Source of the DNA: Perkinsela sp. CCAP 1560/9 | Taxonomy: Eukaryota; Protista; Euglenozoa: Kinetoplastea | NCBI GenBank assembly: GCA_965644495.1 | Contig: CBFFSA010000022.1 | Location: 105,132 to 169,131 of the forward strand | Length of the DNA: 64,000 nt | Direction of reading: 5' to 3' | Shown: piece by piece, positions 34,001 to 44,609 of the stretch | How positions within the stretch are numbered: the first letter of the stretch is position 1 | How the letters are laid out: the number at the start of each line of letters is the position of its first letter | The notes under the pieces: model-generated | Database searches by the model: none | Seen by the model: only the letters and a program-made list of their open reading frames with translations | What the model was told of the DNA's origin: nothing | Position numbers and translations under genes: made by a program

Positions 34001-35319
34001 TGGACGTACAAGTCAGCAAAATGCGAAGATGGGTATGCGGAGTAGGGAAAAGATGGAAAACGGGAAAGTGCATTCGTCTTGAATCTCTTTATCAAGATGA
34101 CTTGAAACTCAGCACAACATCAAAAATACAACGTGCTCAACTTATTGGCCATCTTGTTCGACATGAATCGCCGTTTAGCCTAGCCATTCTGTGGCGCGTG
34201 CAAGACAAATCATCATACCCTTCGATCTCTGAATTATGCGCAAAAGATTTAAATCTTTCAATAGAAGAAGTCATACATTCGTCTCGGGACCGCGCCTTAT
34301 GGAGGTCAAGCGTTGATCGACTACGAAATCGGATCGAACCACGCCCTGATTATGTACCCATCGAAGCAAAATCATGGGAAAAACGAGCAATGGTTGCACG
34401 AAAAGAATATAAGTCACTACAATTCGTCGAAGAAGGCGCATTGCCATTCCCAAATATTTCTCCAGCCGTACACATGTATACTGATGGCTCCCTTAAAACA
34501 ACGAAATCGAAAGTTACTCCTGGATGCGGAATCGTGTGGTGGGGGGATGGTATTGAGAAGTCCTTAATGGGAGTACGACCTCCAACGGATATTGAGCTCA
34601 CCATAACTGCGGTAGAGCTCTATGCCGTATATGAGGCACTGAATCTTGCGGCACATTATGGGCAGGACATTGTATTACACACAGACTCAAAATACGTATG
34701 GGAATTCTTCCACATTATAAGGCATCGATTTTGCATAGTTGGGTTTCAATTATTCCAGAGCGCGCAACTACTCAAGAAGATACAACTTTTGTGTTCTAAG
34801 ATCGAGCAAAATAGCAATGTATATTGCATCAAAACCAGAGGGCATGAAGGAAACCCGCACAACGCAACCTCAGACTGGCTCGCTAAACGAGCTTGCGCAC
34901 ATCAAGACGAAAACCCTTCCTTTACTTACCGCGGTTTTGATATCGTGACCAATCAAAAGAGGAAAGGTAACGAAATTCAAAACAATATGAAAAAGAACAA
35001 AAACAAAAATACGAAATTACCAGAGTTTGCGCACACACCTATCGAAATGTCTCCTACGCACTCTATAAGCACGAAAAATAAAGGTAACCTGATAAATGAA
35101 AAGGGGAAACGATCAAGATCCAAGAACAAGCGTGAAAATGCGAATACGCACAGCAACCAAAAAGCACGAAAAGCTGATGGAAAGAGGAGTACGAATACAT
35201 ATTCACCAGGATTCGCAGAGGTAACTTTAGCAAGAAAGCATCCACAAAGAAAGCGAGCTAATTGTGAAGAGGAGTGCAAGAGAACTCGAAAGGGGGGGAG
35301 CTCTTCTTCTAAAACGTGA
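31024..35319 (+). CDS. Intact single-ORF non-LTR retrotransposon polyprotein: APE endonuclease, RT, RNase H (Ingi/L1Tc-like architecture)
   Basis: APE: STMNV, LQETR, NVYSPT, GDMNA, LDHI; RT: KASGSD, WRPI, QFGFR, DFKQAF, GTLQGDVLAP, YADD, YKYLG; RNase H: YTDGS, VELYA, TDS, GH..N..SD. Confidence 0.95.
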   Translation: MAEASGPFESVLEVCGKLRTARCGRGNLFLPPQQRGVGTKLRQRALLQMSKVLAVGKRVAVVWCMAYNERITLWEGVVHSSLDGSGWLVKYDLMNGRLLPFPPRDDRIHVLGGRVGLLPKSLRKRNRKRKSCFRRGYREQRPKIKAMREGFAVSTMNVDTLKCKTTDEFALRKCFRLHQAVEFMRSYGVTIMALQETRLSFKSEEPIIHRRLYLAGISVHIYIMSAIKGYNGMAMLSLQPMGVEKINDRIMKGTMHIGKMKACIFNVYSPTAGAKKDKQESFDEELFDAWHDSQCSLKIICGDMNAPLQDPNGRKCCSERAQEFRKFLVTLGSKSAHQCCSAERKWTYRFPPTPKHPDGLTKQLDHIIINSRFSSAFRYQKVLLAPIPTRHCAVIAGLNIKWRVACKPGKLQPFWGSLRNETICDTFVKNVEESIQGGNKRSREGSIGPALWDKLSSAVNSAAEKLPRKIANIGKAPDSETDSHSLDMKTIVQIARNRRTFDTFAREHGKMIEECVKEECEVIQEKLYKCPKSAYQAIRYIVGENRKVFSMFGENVRDSMCRVRGHFQAIGNQLNQISEPINFPNCNKSLIGIEDTEFTLKELRISLQKVKSGKASGSDNIPIEALSTLAQSEEALGMLLNIINEVMCTGAAADKWKMILQVPLPKKGNLNDLTNWRPICIVNHVVKVMNRMVLERIQPAVENMLRSNQFGFRPHRSTAGAKATFVEIATKASRGEGVAVAFVDFKQAFPSVTFSAIRDALRAFHIPENITKVIMSMYEGLKSYVRTPHGDTESFSIENGTLQGDVLAPYLFIMVLDRIMAEAIDAKGLGVIAYSTGTKSRGEKHLRISDVAYADDVVLFASSRSELSEMLENLCKYAKRANLQVNLGKNKTAWMVLGKIDDMTAPLLVPSVGEIPRVYKYKYLGSTQENENRHVAPQERIRLGWATMHKLHAIWNSPIQVASRLKIFRTLVMPVINYNCGTWNISSNQMSELDVQVSKMRRWVCGVGKRWKTGKCIRLESLYQDDLKLSTTSKIQRAQLIGHLVRHESPFSLAILWRVQDKSSYPSISELCAKDLNLSIEEVIHSSRDRALWRSSVDRLRNRIEPRPDYVPIEAKSWEKRAMVARKEYKSLQFVEEGALPFPNISPAVHMYTDGSLKTTKSKVTPGCGIVWWGDGIEKSLMGVRPPTDIELTITAVELYAVYEALNLAAHYGQDIVLHTDSKYVWEFFHIIRHRFCIVGFQLFQSAQLLKKIQLLCSKIEQNSNVYCIKTRGHEGNPHNATSDWLAKRACAHQDENPSFTYRGFDIVTNQKRKGNEIQNNMKKNKNKNTKLPEFAHTPIEMSPTHSISTKNKGNLINEKGKRSRSKNKRENANTHSNQKARKADGKRSTNTYSPGFAEVTLARKHPQRKRANCEEECKRTRKGGSSSSKT

Positions 35320-35736
35320 TTTTGGAAGCCCAAAAGTTGAATGGAGTATCATTTTATTTATTTTGTTTATTTATTTTTACTTTTATTTTATATTCAATAA
35401 TGCGATCAATTGGTCTGTTTCAGCAGTTGAAGAGGGGGTTGTGAGACGAAGGGTTGTTCATATATTTATATATATATTTATAAATTGTATTTATACGTTA
35501 TTATTTGTTTTAGTTGTGTTTCGCCAGCAGATAAGGTGGCCAAGTGTATGGGAGGTGAGTTGGAGGACATTTTCGCCCTATAGGGCCATTCTCATAAGAA
35601 AGTAATGAGGATGCACGAGTTCTTGGCTGCAGATGGACTCTTTGCGCGTAAATTTTATGTGAGTTTACATGGAGAAGTGTTTATGTTTATGGTGTAAATT
35701 GTAAACCCCCCAGCTGATATATATGTATCAGTGTCT

Positions 35737-35758
35737 TTGTTGTTTGTTGTTGTTGTTG
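35737..35758 (+). repeat. (TGT)n 3' tail of the LINE
   Basis: Simple repeat ending the AT-rich 3' UTR, abutting a truncated CRE ORF. Confidence 0.7.
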
Positions 35759-38498
35759 GATGCAACGTAAGCCGCGGAGGCGTGGAGAGCTGCGGATCTC
35801 AGACCTAATCCCCCATGACGCTTCAGTCGCTGTGCTTGAGATTGTGCTGACCTGTCCAGAGGACAGATGATTGCCTCTATAGCGGTCATGAGAAAGTCGT
35901 CTAAACGGGAGCAAAGGTGAATCAGGGACTGTGGGGGCGTGCTTCTCATGGCATACACCATTTGACAGAACCCCGCACATTGACGAATTAGGGCAAGCGC
36001 GACCTGGGGGTCCTGAATGTTGGTGATGGCATCGAGGGTATCCTCGGCTGGTTCTAGGGCGTGAGAAAGAAGATAAGCAGAGCAGTGGTCGGCGGATCCT
36101 ACAGGACTCCCTAGTATGTCAAAGTTCCCCTGCGAATTGATCTTCTCGTCGGGTATGTCTGGGAAGTAATCAGCCTGGTGGGCCGAGCTGGGGGAAGTAA
36201 TAATTTCGCATTTCGACGTATTGAGATACAAGTCCCATTGAGGTCCTACTCGGGCGATCGTGTCTAGGGCGTCTCTAACTTCCTGCGCCTGGCCAACGAG
36301 GACGCCATCGTCGAGATACCAGAGTTGGGCGGGAATATCAGTTTGAAGGTTAATGGCTTCTGAGAGCTCCAGGGCCACTAACGAGAAGAGCAATGGTCCT
36401 AGGGGATCGCCCTGTTGTACTCCTTCCTCGGAGGAGATGAATCGGGCCCCGTAGGTAAGAGAGCTGGGGTCGGAATAGCACCAATTGATCCAAGGGAAGA
36501 GTTCCGGGAAATATTCCTGTACTAGTGGAAGGAAGGCAGCCCTGCTTACGTTATTGAAAGCGTTACGTAGGTCCACTTTGCACATGACGAAGTTCGGGTT
36601 TTCCATATTGGACGACATGGCCAGGCGACACATGTGAATGACTCTTTCGGCCCCGGCTGGAGCTGCCACTCCGTACTGTTTGCCTTCAAAGAGCTCGCTC
36701 GCTTTGGGTCGGATTGCGTTGCATACGGCTTTGCTCGCTAATCGCCGAAGGGTTTCACCGGCAGCGATCGGACGAACATCATTTTCACCCTTTGATAGGG
36801 CGCATAAGCGCGCCCCTGCGAAGTGCGCCTGTACTTCAGAGGGTGCCTTCCCAGCTAGGAGGTGATTTGTTAGCTTTGTGAGGGATCGGAGAAAGTCATT
36901 TCCGTGTACGAGCAGTGCTGCCTGTAGGTGCTCTGGGCGTAATCCCATAGTGCCGGCAGAGGAACCCCTGTTGAAGCTCTTCAGCGTCTTTGCAACTTCG
37001 CGTTCGTCAAGTTCCAGTGGAGCGCAGTTCGGGGGCGGGCAGTTTTCGCACGAGTCAATTTGAAGACGACGGGGGTGTTTTTCTAGCAATTTTTCAAATG
37101 TTCGTCATCGTCAGGCGCCATTGGATCTGACGTTAGGGAGGCCAACCCTCTAGAGAGCTCGCCGTGGCGGACGAGGAGTTCTGCTCGAATCGCTGCCTTC
37201 TCGTCTTCGTCAGGGAATTCCGTTGGAGATTTTTGCTTTTTTCGACAGGCTACAATTGCTTCGCTCCATAGGTCCGAGTACTCTTGTTCCGCCCAACGCT
37301 GCATGCATTTATACGCATGTGAGGCATATGCCATGTGGCCTTTGCGGCCCCCTCGATGCGGAGCTGGTAAAACGCATTTGGGAAGCATGGCCAGAAGCGT
37401 CCATGCCTGTAAGGAGTTTTCAGAGACCGCGTTCCGAATGGCGGAGGAGAGGATTTCTTCCCAGATCTGGCGGCAACGATAAGGCACGTCTTTGCACGTA
37501 CTCAGCTGAAGAGAGCAGACAGAAGGAAGAGGTGGGAGCTCAAAGTTGGTGTTCTCTGGTGTTGGTGCGGTGCTCACTTCGTTGGGTGGAGTAAGAAGTT
37601 CGGGAGAAAGGAGCGCGACGGTTTTCGTTCCTTTGCAGCTGTGTGTGTGCGATGATCGTTTGTGGTTGTCGTAGTGGCGTCCGCATGAGGTGCATAGAAA
37701 ACGGCCTTCTCTGTACCACCATTCATTAGGGATGCTGTTACCGTGCCGGCATGCGACATGGTTATAGAAGGCTTGCCAGGATCCGCCATGCGACGGACTG
37801 CGCCATGAACATCCCTGGGCCGGGCACTCTCGGAGCGCGGCAGACTTTCCTTGGGACAATGAGTTGGGCTCAGCGAGGCTAACGCCAGCGTTTTCAATAT
37901 TCTGGGTTTCGTGTCTTCTTCCTGGTTGCTCTTGAGATGGGCCCGGAATAAGTTCATAAGGATGCAAGAGTGAAGGTGTCTCTGGGTCTACCCGGTATCG
38001 GATGAGCTTATTTCTCCGTGGAGTAGGGGTTTTCTTGGAGTGACCTTTAATGTCCTCATTGCTACGTGCTTGGGCGGATAGAGCAGTTTTGAGTGGTGTA
38101 CTTAGATGCTGTGTAGCATTCAAAGCCTCTTTCGTCTTCTTCGCTGGCGTTACTTGCCTGATAACAGCGGAGTGTTGCATCTCTTCATTTTCGACCTCCG
38201 TGTGACCTGTGTCCGGTGTTTCATTAACCCCACCTACGATCGCGTTCGTTCGGCGGATCCAATCTTCAGGAATATTCTGAGGGATGGGGGTCGTGTAAAG
38301 GTCTTCATGGTATGTGCTCGTCCCCGTGATTAAATGTTCGTTTCCTTTAAATTGGTCCCAAGACCCCGGTCGGTGAGTTCTGCCATTAATTTCTAAGCAT
38401 TTGTCGTCCGTCTCCATGGCTTCGGCTTCGTGGTCCGGATTTCCGCTGTTGTCGTCTATGGGAGGAAGTGTGACTGCGGGGGGGATGATACCAGACAT
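35759..38498 (-). pseudogene. CRE-like family B2 (LsmAD-like, Zn fingers, RT), frameshift at ~37090, 3'-truncated
   Basis: ORFs 37083-38627 and 35728-37089; QYGV, DLRNAFN, GVQQGDPLGP, WYLDDG; ATG at 38498. Confidence 0.9.
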
Positions 38499-38542
38499 AA
38501 AAATTAACCCGTACCTCGGAAAGAGATGAAATAGAAAAAATT

Positions 38543-38581
38543 CAACAAGGTACAGAAACTGTATCTTTATCGTTAAAGATT
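38543..38581 (-). other. Complete 39-nt spliced-leader copy
   Basis: AATCTTTAACGATAAAGATACAGTTTCTGTACCTTGTTG; contains the kinetoplastid SL core ACAGTTTCTGTAC..TTG; directly preceded by poly(A). Confidence 0.88.
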
Positions 38582-39200
38582 TTTTTTTTTTTTTTTTTTT
38601 TTGGGTATATGAATTTAAAACAAGCAATCAAATTGGCAATTCTTTTTATTTCCACAGAAGCATATTTTCTTTTTCTTTTTTTTCTCAGCCCAAAACTAGC
38701 AATTCACCTTTTTTTTTTTTTCTTTTTCTTTTTTCTCAGCCCAAAACTAGCAATTCAATCTCCCCTAAGTATATACGACAAATAAGACACAGTAAAAATT
38801 AAAACAAGCAATCCAGACCCAATCCATTCGCGCGTTCCGGACCGGGTCTTTCGACCTCTCCACGGCCTGACTTGTGAACCCTTCCCTTGCTATACGGGAG
38901 GGCGCAGGCGCGGGCCTGTGTCGACAACGACACGGTCACGAAACAGGATGCTGGCCGACGGGGAGGAGATTCACTACCCGTGTACTACCTCACTTGGGGT
39001 ACCTAGCCCTGACGGACTAGGCGTGAGCATAGACTCTGTCGACCCGACCAGCATCCGTACCGGGAGTTTCCCACGAAAGTCACCTGGCCATACCCCTGGT
39101 CATACACAACGAGAGCCGGGTCGGCGTTTGCCGCGGGAAAACGTTGTATAGCGGCCAGATTTCGCAGGCGAGGAAGTCTTTGGGTGTGGCGAGTGATCCA

Positions 39201-42200
39201 CTACTCGTTCCCATAGCCTAGGAGCGCTGAATCAGGACCCACAGCAGGCCGGCGTAGGACGAGCATGCGGGCTTGGGATCTCATGAGGGTTACATTTAGG
39301 GATGTAAGCAACCGGTGTAGAGCATCCCCTTTCGGTAAAATATCCCCGGAATTGGCATTGCATGCCCTACCTGCAGCAACCACCCTAAGGATTGACATTG
39401 CGCTAGGGCTCCACGAGCCAAACGATTCTACCACCATGGCGGTAAACTTCATTCGCACCGCTTCAGCCTCTTCTCGTTGTTTAGCCTTGTTGGCGGTCGC
39501 GTATTGCTCCGCAAACGACCCCGCCGTCACCCAGTTAGCGTCACGGACTGTGTCCGTATATTTTTGTTGCTGGACATGAGTGACAGCGAAGTCGAGTACG
39601 AGGGCCTGACCGCGACCGAAACTTCGGATGAATACGTCCCCAGGTCTGGTGAGTGCGCCACCCGGACCTATGTTCCCCAAACTCACTTCTCTTTGAGGGG
39701 CAAGCCCGGCCTTTGAACATTCCGCAGAGAATTGGGATACCAAGGCACTGTGCCGAGCAGTGATCCCGTGCCCGCATTTGCATGCCAGTGCGTGTTCACC
39801 CCCTGGGCCTAAGGGCTGTTTGCACTTTTCCATGGGGCAGGGACGGAGGCCCGGGTAGATGGTTTCCCCCAGCCACCAACGGATTAACATGCGAAACTCC
39901 GTGGGGGCGTACGCAAAGCCGTTCTTTTTGGACGGCAACACGAAAGCCCACTCCGACGCCCCTTCTCCCGTTTCCGAGCTCCACCGAGCCCTCGTGCTTG
40001 GATCAGCGTGGGCGAGTGCGTGTTCGAACGCGTGGGATGAAATAGCATGGCTCAGGTCCCTTTGTCGAGGTATGACCAATTTATTGTCTATTTCATGGAT
40101 CGGATTGGTTTGAAAGGGTTGGTGCTCTGAAACGGCCGAGCTTTGTAGAATTTTGCCCGTTTCATTGTCAACGATATTCTTCCCTGCGCGTTTGTTCACG
40201 TCGATCACTGCCTCATCGAAATCTTTTGCGTCCGTTGGATCCCAAAAGTCTTTCTCCGCTGCGAAGGCGACTGAGGCCACATAAGCGGAGGCAGAATGCT
40301 CCTCAGCTGAACGGAGTCCCAAGCCACCAAACCGTTTGCCTCTCTGTGCTTGGCGCCTTGCTGCGTCGCTGAATGGCCCGAAAAAGTGTGAGGTAGCGTC
40401 TTGCACTGCGTCGTCGAGACGTCGGCAGAGATCCTGGAGCTCCGACGTTGGGGTAGTACGGAGTGAGTAGACCATCTGACAGAAGCCCGTGCAATGCCGA
40501 ATAAGTGAAAGGGCTACCTGGGGGTCCTCGAGGTTGGTAATGGCTTCCAGCGAGTCCTCTGCGTGTTCAATGGCGTTGTCAAGGAGAAATTGACGGCGGA
40601 ACTCGGTTGTCCCTACAGGGCTACCTAACATATGGAAATTACCCTCAGTGTTTTTATTCGATCCAGGTAGGTCGGGGAAGACAGAAGAACGATGAGACGA
40701 TGCGGGGTGCGCAGCGAGTTCACATTTCGCAGCATTCAGATGTAAACCCCATCGCGGGCCGTTTAGTTCTAGCACATCAAATGCGTGTCGTACATCGCAT
40801 GATGCGCCCGCCAGTATTCCGTCATCTAGATACCATAGATTCAGGTCTAGTTTCGGTGTTGCCGCGTGGATTTCCGAAGCAAGCTCCCTCATAACCAGTG
40901 AGAAGAGGAGGGGGCCAAGGGGGTCGCCTTGTTGTACCCCTTCAGAAGACTTTACCGTACGCGTACCGAATGTGAGTAAACTTTCTGTAGAATAACACCA
41001 CTCTACATAATGACTGAGTTCGGGAAAGTGCATGCGCGTTAAATCAGTGAACCTGTCACGGGACACCTGGTTGAAGGCATTCCGGAGGTCTATTTTGCAT
41101 AGAAGGAAGTCGTCATCGTCTACGTGGGCCGCGAATGTCTGACGGCAAAGATGGATAACACGTTCCGCCCCGGCCGGTGTAGCGACCCCGTATTGGTGTC
41201 CCTTAAAAAGTTTGCGGGCTCTGGTTTTGGCAGAGAAGCAAGCAACTTTGCTGGCCAAGCGGCGAAGGGTTTCACCAGCGGCGATCGGGCGTACGTCGTG
41301 TTCCCCCTTCTTCAAGGCACACAATCGACCTCCAGCGTAGTGGCTTTTGACTTCTAATGGTGCTTTTCCGGCTAGCATGTGATTGGTGAACTTTGTGAGT
41401 ATTTCCAAAGGACCGGTCTGACCATCGTGATGACCATGTATAGCAACTTGCACGTGTTCCGGCCGCAGACCAAAGGCACCCCCGGAGGAACCCCGATGAA
41501 AAGTCGAGAGTGCCGCCGATACTTCATCCTCCGTCACTTTAAGAGGTTCCACGTCCACTGATGGGCTGGGTGTATCTGATGCGGAGAGTCGGGGGGGATG
41601 CTTTGCCTGAAGCTTTGCGTAAGTCTCATCATTGTCCGGAGCGAGTGGCGCAGATGTCAGTGCGGTCATGGCGCGTGAGAGCTCCCCGTCACGTACGAGT
41701 CTTTCGGCTCGTAGTGCGGATTTTTTCTCTTCTTCTTCGAGACTCTGCGCTTTCTCCACGCTTCTCTTCTTCTTGCCCGTGACGCTCTTGACAGCTTCAG
41801 CCCAGAGCGCCAGGAACTCTTTCTTGGACCAGCGAGAAAGGCATTTCCGTACGTGGGAAGCATACGATGTTTTCGCCCGGCTACCTCCTCGATGGGGGGC
41901 AGGTATAACGCATTTGGGCAGCATAGCGAGGAGAGTCCACGCTTCAATGGTATTCTCTCGGATTACCGAATCTAGACACCCGCAAAGCGCCTTTGCCCAC
42001 TCTGGTCGGCAGCTGTTGGGTATATCTTTGCAAGTGGTAATGGGCAAGGCGCATATGGAAAAGAGACTTGGAAGGGGTGTGTCACTGTTCATTATATAGG
42101 TTTCGTCGGTAGTGTTCTGGTCTGCCTGTGCGTCGGATATTTCGTTTTTCTCTAGCGGCACGTCAGCACTCGAGACAGAAGTGTCGTCACTCGGTGTGGG

Positions 42201-43226
42201 GTTCCGTTGAGTGTGCGTCGAGGAAGCGCGGAACGAGCAATTCTTAATATGAGCGTCCTGTTTGCTTAGATCATAATGTTTTTCACATTTTCGGCATCGA
42301 AATCTTCCTTCCCCTGTCCACCAGCTGTCCGGAGCTTCGTCTCCATGTCTGTGGGCTACGTGATTATAGTATGATTGCCATTGACCACCGTGCGGCCCCG
42401 TCGTCCAGGTACACCCCTGAATAGGACATTTCCGGAACGTGTCACTTTGTGAAAGTGCCTTTCTGGGTGTAGCAACCACATTTCTGGCTGTATTCGGTTG
42501 GGTGTAAGCTTTTTTAAGGGCTTGATCGTGGCGCTTGCGCTTTCCTTCGGGGGGGACGGGGGTTTGGTCTTTCGGAGGAGAGTCTGTGACATCCCCGTCA
42601 CTGCTATCACTTGTGGGAACACTACTCACTTGAGAATACTGGGTGGTCTTAGGGCTCTTCTTCTTTTTTCGTCTTCCTGGCCGTGCGCTGATCGAAAAAT
42701 CGAGGTCATTTTGAGTAAGGTCTGGAAATACTATGTCATTCTCGTTTTGTTGAGAGTCGTTCGGATTCGTTTTCCGGAGGACGCGTTCGCACTTCTCCTT
42801 TACAGCCTTATTTGATAACTTGGATTGGCTGAGCAAAGAAGAGTCAGAGCCTATGAATTGGAATCGAAAACCCCCGTTTTCCTCCTGAGCGCAATTTTTC
42901 TCCCCAAAGCGAGCACCTACATTTTCCTCCTGAAGGACATTGGAATGAATATCTGCCTCAGTCATTCCGTCAACGTGACCTGTGTCAGGTGTTGGGCCGG
43001 CAGGTGCGTTTGTTATGCTAAAGGCAATGTCTTCCGCTTGCTGTATTTTTTCAGGGGAAAGGTCCTGCGGTATTTCTGTGGTGTAAAGTAGTTCGTCGTA
43101 AGTACTCTTCCCGTTCGTTAGGTGTTCGTTAGCCTTAAATTGATCATACGACCCTACCTTGTGAGAGGCAGCTTCCTTCCCAAAGTTACAGTCCGTTCGT
43201 GTTTTAGAACTCGTTGACACGCCCAT
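39201..43226 (-). CDS. Intact CRE-like polyprotein (LsmAD-like, 2 Zn fingers, RT, CCHC, restriction-like endonuclease)
   Basis: ATG at 43226; GVQQGDPLGP, WYLDDG, CPMEKC..H..C, RH, RPGD..LDFAV, K, VVESFG. Confidence 0.93.
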   Translation of the reverse strand: MGVSTSSKTRTDCNFGKEAASHKVGSYDQFKANEHLTNGKSTYDELLYTTEIPQDLSPEKIQQAEDIAFSITNAPAGPTPDTGHVDGMTEADIHSNVLQEENVGARFGEKNCAQEENGGFRFQFIGSDSSLLSQSKLSNKAVKEKCERVLRKTNPNDSQQNENDIVFPDLTQNDLDFSISARPGRRKKKKSPKTTQYSQVSSVPTSDSSDGDVTDSPPKDQTPVPPEGKRKRHDQALKKAYTQPNTARNVVATPRKALSQSDTFRKCPIQGCTWTTGPHGGQWQSYYNHVAHRHGDEAPDSWWTGEGRFRCRKCEKHYDLSKQDAHIKNCSFRASSTHTQRNPTPSDDTSVSSADVPLEKNEISDAQADQNTTDETYIMNSDTPLPSLFSICALPITTCKDIPNSCRPEWAKALCGCLDSVIRENTIEAWTLLAMLPKCVIPAPHRGGSRAKTSYASHVRKCLSRWSKKEFLALWAEAVKSVTGKKKRSVEKAQSLEEEEKKSALRAERLVRDGELSRAMTALTSAPLAPDNDETYAKLQAKHPPRLSASDTPSPSVDVEPLKVTEDEVSAALSTFHRGSSGGAFGLRPEHVQVAIHGHHDGQTGPLEILTKFTNHMLAGKAPLEVKSHYAGGRLCALKKGEHDVRPIAAGETLRRLASKVACFSAKTRARKLFKGHQYGVATPAGAERVIHLCRQTFAAHVDDDDFLLCKIDLRNAFNQVSRDRFTDLTRMHFPELSHYVEWCYSTESLLTFGTRTVKSSEGVQQGDPLGPLLFSLVMRELASEIHAATPKLDLNLWYLDDGILAGASCDVRHAFDVLELNGPRWGLHLNAAKCELAAHPASSHRSSVFPDLPGSNKNTEGNFHMLGSPVGTTEFRRQFLLDNAIEHAEDSLEAITNLEDPQVALSLIRHCTGFCQMVYSLRTTPTSELQDLCRRLDDAVQDATSHFFGPFSDAARRQAQRGKRFGGLGLRSAEEHSASAYVASVAFAAEKDFWDPTDAKDFDEAVIDVNKRAGKNIVDNETGKILQSSAVSEHQPFQTNPIHEIDNKLVIPRQRDLSHAISSHAFEHALAHADPSTRARWSSETGEGASEWAFVLPSKKNGFAYAPTEFRMLIRWWLGETIYPGLRPCPMEKCKQPLGPGGEHALACKCGHGITARHSALVSQFSAECSKAGLAPQREVSLGNIGPGGALTRPGDVFIRSFGRGQALVLDFAVTHVQQQKYTDTVRDANWVTAGSFAEQYATANKAKQREEAEAVRMKFTAMVVESFGSWSPSAMSILRVVAAGRACNANSGDILPKGDALHRLLTSLNVTLMRSQARMLVLRRPAVGPDSALLGYGNE

Positions 43227-43259
43227 GTAATGGTTGAATGTAAGAAAGAAAAAATAATT

Positions 43260-43297
43260 CAACAAGGTACAGAAACTGTATCTTTATCGTTAAAGAT
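43260..43297 (-). other. Spliced-leader copy (38 nt)
   Basis: ATCTTTAACGATAAAGATACAGTTTCTGTACCTTGTTG, 33 nt before ATG. Confidence 0.88.
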
Positions 43298-43301
43298 ATT
43301 C

Positions 43302-43303
<2 letters not shown>

Positions 43304-43334
<31 letters not shown>

Positions 43335-44456
43335 AATTAATAAGGGGGGAGAAGTATGAATCGCGGCATTGCCTCTATATTTTGACCCAGTAGACGAACC
43401 AAGTACATAGTAGGTCCATTAGGGGGGTATATGAATTTAAAGGGGTATATGAATTTAAAATAAAATTTTTTTTTTTTTTTTTTAGATATCGTAAAAGAAC
43501 CATGAAGGTCCATTGGGGGGGGTATATGATTTGTAAACAAGCAATCAAATTAGCAATTTCACATGTTGTAGCCCAAAACTAGTAATTCAACCTGCCTTAA
43601 GTTATTTATGATTCTGATAACAATAATAATAAAAAAGGAAGCAATCCACGCCCAATCCATCCGCGCGTTCCATTTTTTTTTTTTTTTTTTTTTTGTTTTT
43701 ATGCAAATAAAGAAAATTTTTCTCTCTCTTTCTCCTCTTTCTCACCTCTTGACATACTTTTCCCACCTTTCTCCCTACTTTCCTGCTTTCCCCTACCCAA
43801 CTTTTCAACTTTTCAGGGGGGGTAAGGTCTCCCTCAGCTTCGCCTCACCCGGCCTGCAGGCGGCTCCTCAACCATTCGCGCGTTCCGGACCGGGTCTTTC
43901 GACCTCTCCACGGCCTGACTTGTGGACCTTTTTTTTTTTTTTTTTTTTTTTAGGGGGGAGAAGTATGAATCGCGGCATTGCCTCTATATTTTGACCCAGT
44001 AGACGAACCAAGTAGGTCCATTGGGGGGGTATACGAGTTGAAAACAAGTAATCAAATTAGCAATTCTTTTTGTTTCCACAGATGTACCTTTTGTTTTTTC
44101 TCTCAGCCCAAAACTAGCAATTTTTTTTTTTTTTTTTTTTGTTTTTATGCAAATAAAGAAATTTTTTCTCTCTCTCTTTCTCCTCTTTCTCACCTCTTGA
44201 CATACTTTTCCCACCTTTCTCCCTACTTTCCTGCTTTCCCCTACCCAACTTTTCAACTTTTCAGGGGGGGTAAGGTCTCCCTCAGCTTCGCCTCACCCGG
44301 CCTGCAGGCGGCTCCTCAACCATTCGCGCGTTCCGGACCGGGTCTTTCGAACTCTCCACGGCCTGACTTGTGGACCCTTCCCTTGTTATACGGGAGGGCG
44401 CAGGCGCGGGCCTGTGTCAACAGCGACACGGTCACGTGTCGCTGTTTTGTCACGTG
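43304..44456 (-). repeat. Mosaic of short CRE-B 3' UTR fragments separated by poly(A) tracts, with internal duplication (~43695-43930 / ~44140-44378)
   Basis: Six T-runs, each adjoining pieces homologous to 3985-4290 or 38600-38940. Confidence 0.85.
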
Positions 44457-44609
44457 TTTTTTTTTTTTTTTTTTTTTTTTTTTTGAGCCTTCTCCCAAAG
44501 ATCGTTCGTATTATCCTAAATCTCGCAGGCATTCTAAACACGGATAATCGTTGTGAATAATAATAGGAACTTTTAAGAGCTTTTCTAATGTGCGAACTTG
44601 TTGGTCGAC

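Larger units (their letters stand above)
38582..43297 (-). mobile_element. Full-length SL-capped CRE-like element family B (SL, ORF, structured 3' UTR, poly(A))
   Basis: SL 43260-43297, ORF 39201-43226, UTR to ~38603, T-run to 38602. Confidence 0.9.

Noticed and set aside
38543-38581. Functional SL RNA gene
   Set aside because: No GT donor, intron or Sm-site-like sequence after any SL copy; flanks differ between copies.
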